A DNA stretch of 42,364 bases from Kiritimatiellia bacterium (lineage in GTDB: Bacteria; Verrucomicrobiota; Kiritimatiellia; RFP12; DVOR01), in NCBI GenBank assembly GCA_051892815.1, contig JBJFGP010000174.1, forward strand, positions 1 through 42,364, read 5' to 3'. Shown one piece after another: positions 40,541 to 42,364 of this stretch; position 1 is the first letter of the stretch, and each line of letters opens with the position of its first letter. The notes beneath the pieces are model-generated. The model was not told the origin of the DNA. It did not search any database and saw only the letters and a program-made list of their open reading frames with translations. The position numbers and the translations under genes were made by a program.

Positions 40541-41413
40541 ATGAATGGATTGAAAGCGAAACTGAAGGCGTGGGCGCAGTTGCTGCGCGTGGCGAATCTG
40601 CTGACGGTGCCGGGCGATGCGATTGCGGGCTTTTGGCTGACGGCCGGCGCGGGTGCGCCCGGACGCGCCTTGGCGGCGAGCATCGCGGTCGGGGTTTTGC
40701 TCTATGCCGCAGGGCTCGCGCTCAACGACTTTTGCGACCGGAAAGTCGACGCCGAAGAGCGGCCCGCCCGCCCGATTCCCTCAGGGCGCATTGGTCCGAA
40801 GGCCGCGCTCGCCGCCGCCGGAGCCTTGGGCGCGGTAGCCTGGCTGGTCGCGGGAAGCCTCCTGCCGTGGCGTGGGTTGGTGGTGACCGCCGGGCTGAGC
40901 GGCTTGATTGTCTTATATAATGTATACGCCAAACGCCACGCCTGGTTCGGCATCCCTGTGATGGCCCTTTGCCGGGGGGGCAGTTTCCTGCTGGGCTGGA
41001 GCGCCGCCGCTTCCGGCGCGCCCCACTGGGGCGCCAGCGCCCTGCTGATGCTCTACATCGCCCTCGTCTCCATCGTCGCCGCCCGCGAAGCCAACCCCGG
41101 CAAACTCTTCCCCCTGCCCTACCTGCCAGGGCTAGGACTTGGCATCGCGGCGGCCTACTGGCGGCAGGTGCCCTGGTTCAACCTGCTCGCCCTCGTATTG
41201 GCCCTGCGCACCCTCCTGCTGGGCGCCGCACTCGGTCAATGGCCCAAACCCGAGGCCGTCCAGAAAACCATTGGCCAATGGCTCGTCGCGCTCCCCTTTC
41301 TCCAAGGTTCCCTCCTGCTGCTCGCCCCCCATGCACCACCCGTCTGGATCGCCTGCGTAATGGCCCTCGCCATCCCCGCACGCCTGCTCGGAAAGGTCTG
41401 CCATGTCTCCTGA
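40541..41413 (+). CDS. UbiA-family prenyltransferase (integral membrane)
   Basis: Start at ATG 40541 (MNGLKAKLKAWAQLLRVANL). LNDFCDRKVDAEERPARPIPSGRI carries the NDxxDxxxD motif. Multiple TM helices. Confidence 0.8.
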   Translation: MNGLKAKLKAWAQLLRVANLLTVPGDAIAGFWLTAGAGAPGRALAASIAVGVLLYAAGLALNDFCDRKVDAEERPARPIPSGRIGPKAALAAAGALGAVAWLVAGSLLPWRGLVVTAGLSGLIVLYNVYAKRHAWFGIPVMALCRGGSFLLGWSAAASGAPHWGASALLMLYIALVSIVAAREANPGKLFPLPYLPGLGLGIAAAYWRQVPWFNLLALVLALRTLLLGAALGQWPKPEAVQKTIGQWLVALPFLQGSLLLLAPHAPPVWIACVMALAIPARLLGKVCHVS

Positions 41414-42364
41414 AGCCACCCGTTCGGAGCAAGGAAAGGGACTCCTCGTCGTCCAAGTCGCCGCCCTCGGGTACGAACTCGCCCGCCACATTCCCGGCTG
41501 GGACTTTCGCCCCCTGCAAACCATCTTCCCCGCCCTCACCTGCCCCGTGCAGGCCACCTTCCGAACCGCCCTCGAACCCCGCGAGCACGGTATGGAGGCC
41601 AACGGCGTCTACCAGCCCGACCTGCGCAGACCTTTCTTCTGGGAACAGTCCTCCGCGCTCGTCAAAGGTCGCCGTATCTGGGACGCCTTCAGGGCCGAAG
41701 GCGGTACCGTCGCGATGATTTGCTGGCAACAGAGCCTCGGGGAAGCTGCCGACTACATCATCAGCCCCGCGCCCATCCACAAGCACGGCGGAGGCATGAT
41801 TCTCGAGTGCGCCCTCAAGCCCCAAGGCCTCGTCAAGCCTGGCTTCCCCCTCCATCGCTACTGGGGACCGCTCGCCGACGACCGTTCCACCCAATGGATC
41901 GTCGAGGCTACCCTCCAAGTCATCCGCGAACGCCAGCCAGGCCTCGTCCTGACCTACCTCCCGACCCTCGACTACCAACTCCAGCGCAAAGGCCGCGACC
42001 CCAAAGGAATCCGCCAGATTGCCGCCCACCTCGACCGCCTCCGCAAGGAATCCGGCTACCGCCTCGTCGTCTTCGGCGACTACGCCATCACGCCAGCCCG
42101 CCGCCCCATTTACATCAACCGCGTCCTGCGCCGCATGGGTCTCTTCAAGACCCGCCGGGTGCGCGGAATGCTCTACCCCGATTTCCACAACTCCCGTGCT
42201 TTCGCGCTCGTCGACCACCAGATTGCCCACATATTCGGCGAGACCGGTCTTGTCCAGAAACGCTTCCCGGAATTGGTTCGAGACCTCTCCCCGGACGGCA
42301 ACCGGTTGACCCTCCTCGCGCCCGACGGCGAGTGGTTCGCCTACCCTTGGTGGACGAGGAAGAG
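41403..42364 (+). CDS. alkaline-phosphatase-superfamily protein (nucleotide pyrophosphatase/phosphodiesterase-like), partial, continues past window end
   Basis: My own translation from ATG 41403: MSPEATRSEQGKGLLVVQVAALGYE...FPALTCPVQATFRTALEPREHGMEANG...LVLTYLPTLDYQLQRKG...VVFGDYAI. There is no stop before the window end. It overlaps the ubiA stop by 11 nt. Confidence 0.7.
   Translation, partial: MSPEATRSEQGKGLLVVQVAALGYELARHIPGWDFRPLQTIFPALTCPVQATFRTALEPREHGMEANGVYQPDLRRPFFWEQSSALVKGRRIWDAFRAEGGTVAMICWQQSLGEAADYIISPAPIHKHGGGMILECALKPQGLVKPGFPLHRYWGPLADDRSTQWIVEATLQVIRERQPGLVLTYLPTLDYQLQRKGRDPKGIRQIAAHLDRLRKESGYRLVVFGDYAITPARRPIYINRVLRRMGLFKTRRVRGMLYPDFHNSRAFALVDHQIAHIFGETGLVQKRFPELVRDLSPDGNRLTLLAPDGEWFAYPWWTRK

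Overview
Visibly GC-rich bacterial chromosomal segment (GC not computed). It comes from a diderm organism, judged by RND/OMF efflux genes, a beta-barrel OMP and lipoboxes. The window is roughly 90% coding, with about 35 protein genes plus one tRNA, mostly on the minus strand in tightly coupled strings. Left to right: (1) a partial secreted protein whose signal peptide lies in a different frame from its body; (2) a secreted CBM-like/InlB-B-repeat protein behind a promoter carrying a 22-nt poly-G tract; (3) a heavy-metal-type efflux operon with a Cys/His-rich periplasmic protein, a mini-lipoprotein, an RND permease fused in frame to a lipoprotein outer-membrane factor, and a His-tailed adaptor; (4) a long co-directional sulfur/cofactor string (bioB-lysR, metY, OMP, cysK, HydE-like radical SAM, mnmA, thiS-thiF-thiG-thiH, PatB-type C-S lyase, HD hydrolase); (5) a 1407-aa NERD + RecB-like nuclease + SF1B helicase protein next to tRNA-Arg(CCU); (6) dnaX-ybaB-recR; (7) an XRE regulator divergent from an amidase; (8) a membrane protein; (9) a NERD membrane protein coupled to prc; (10) dapF-gluQ; (11) a HAD-like gene; (12) pta; (13) a second secreted protein with a poly-G promoter; (14) a UbiA prenyltransferase plus a partial alkaline-phosphatase-superfamily gene. 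The strongest non-genic signal is a dispersed family of degenerate tandem repeats with an exact 23-bp period (core GGT-N4-ACC followed by TTYGGGG). These fill nearly every intergenic gap over about 100 bp. Single copies are also embedded in frame inside the two largest ORFs. All calls come from reading the sequence and ORF translations; no searches were run.
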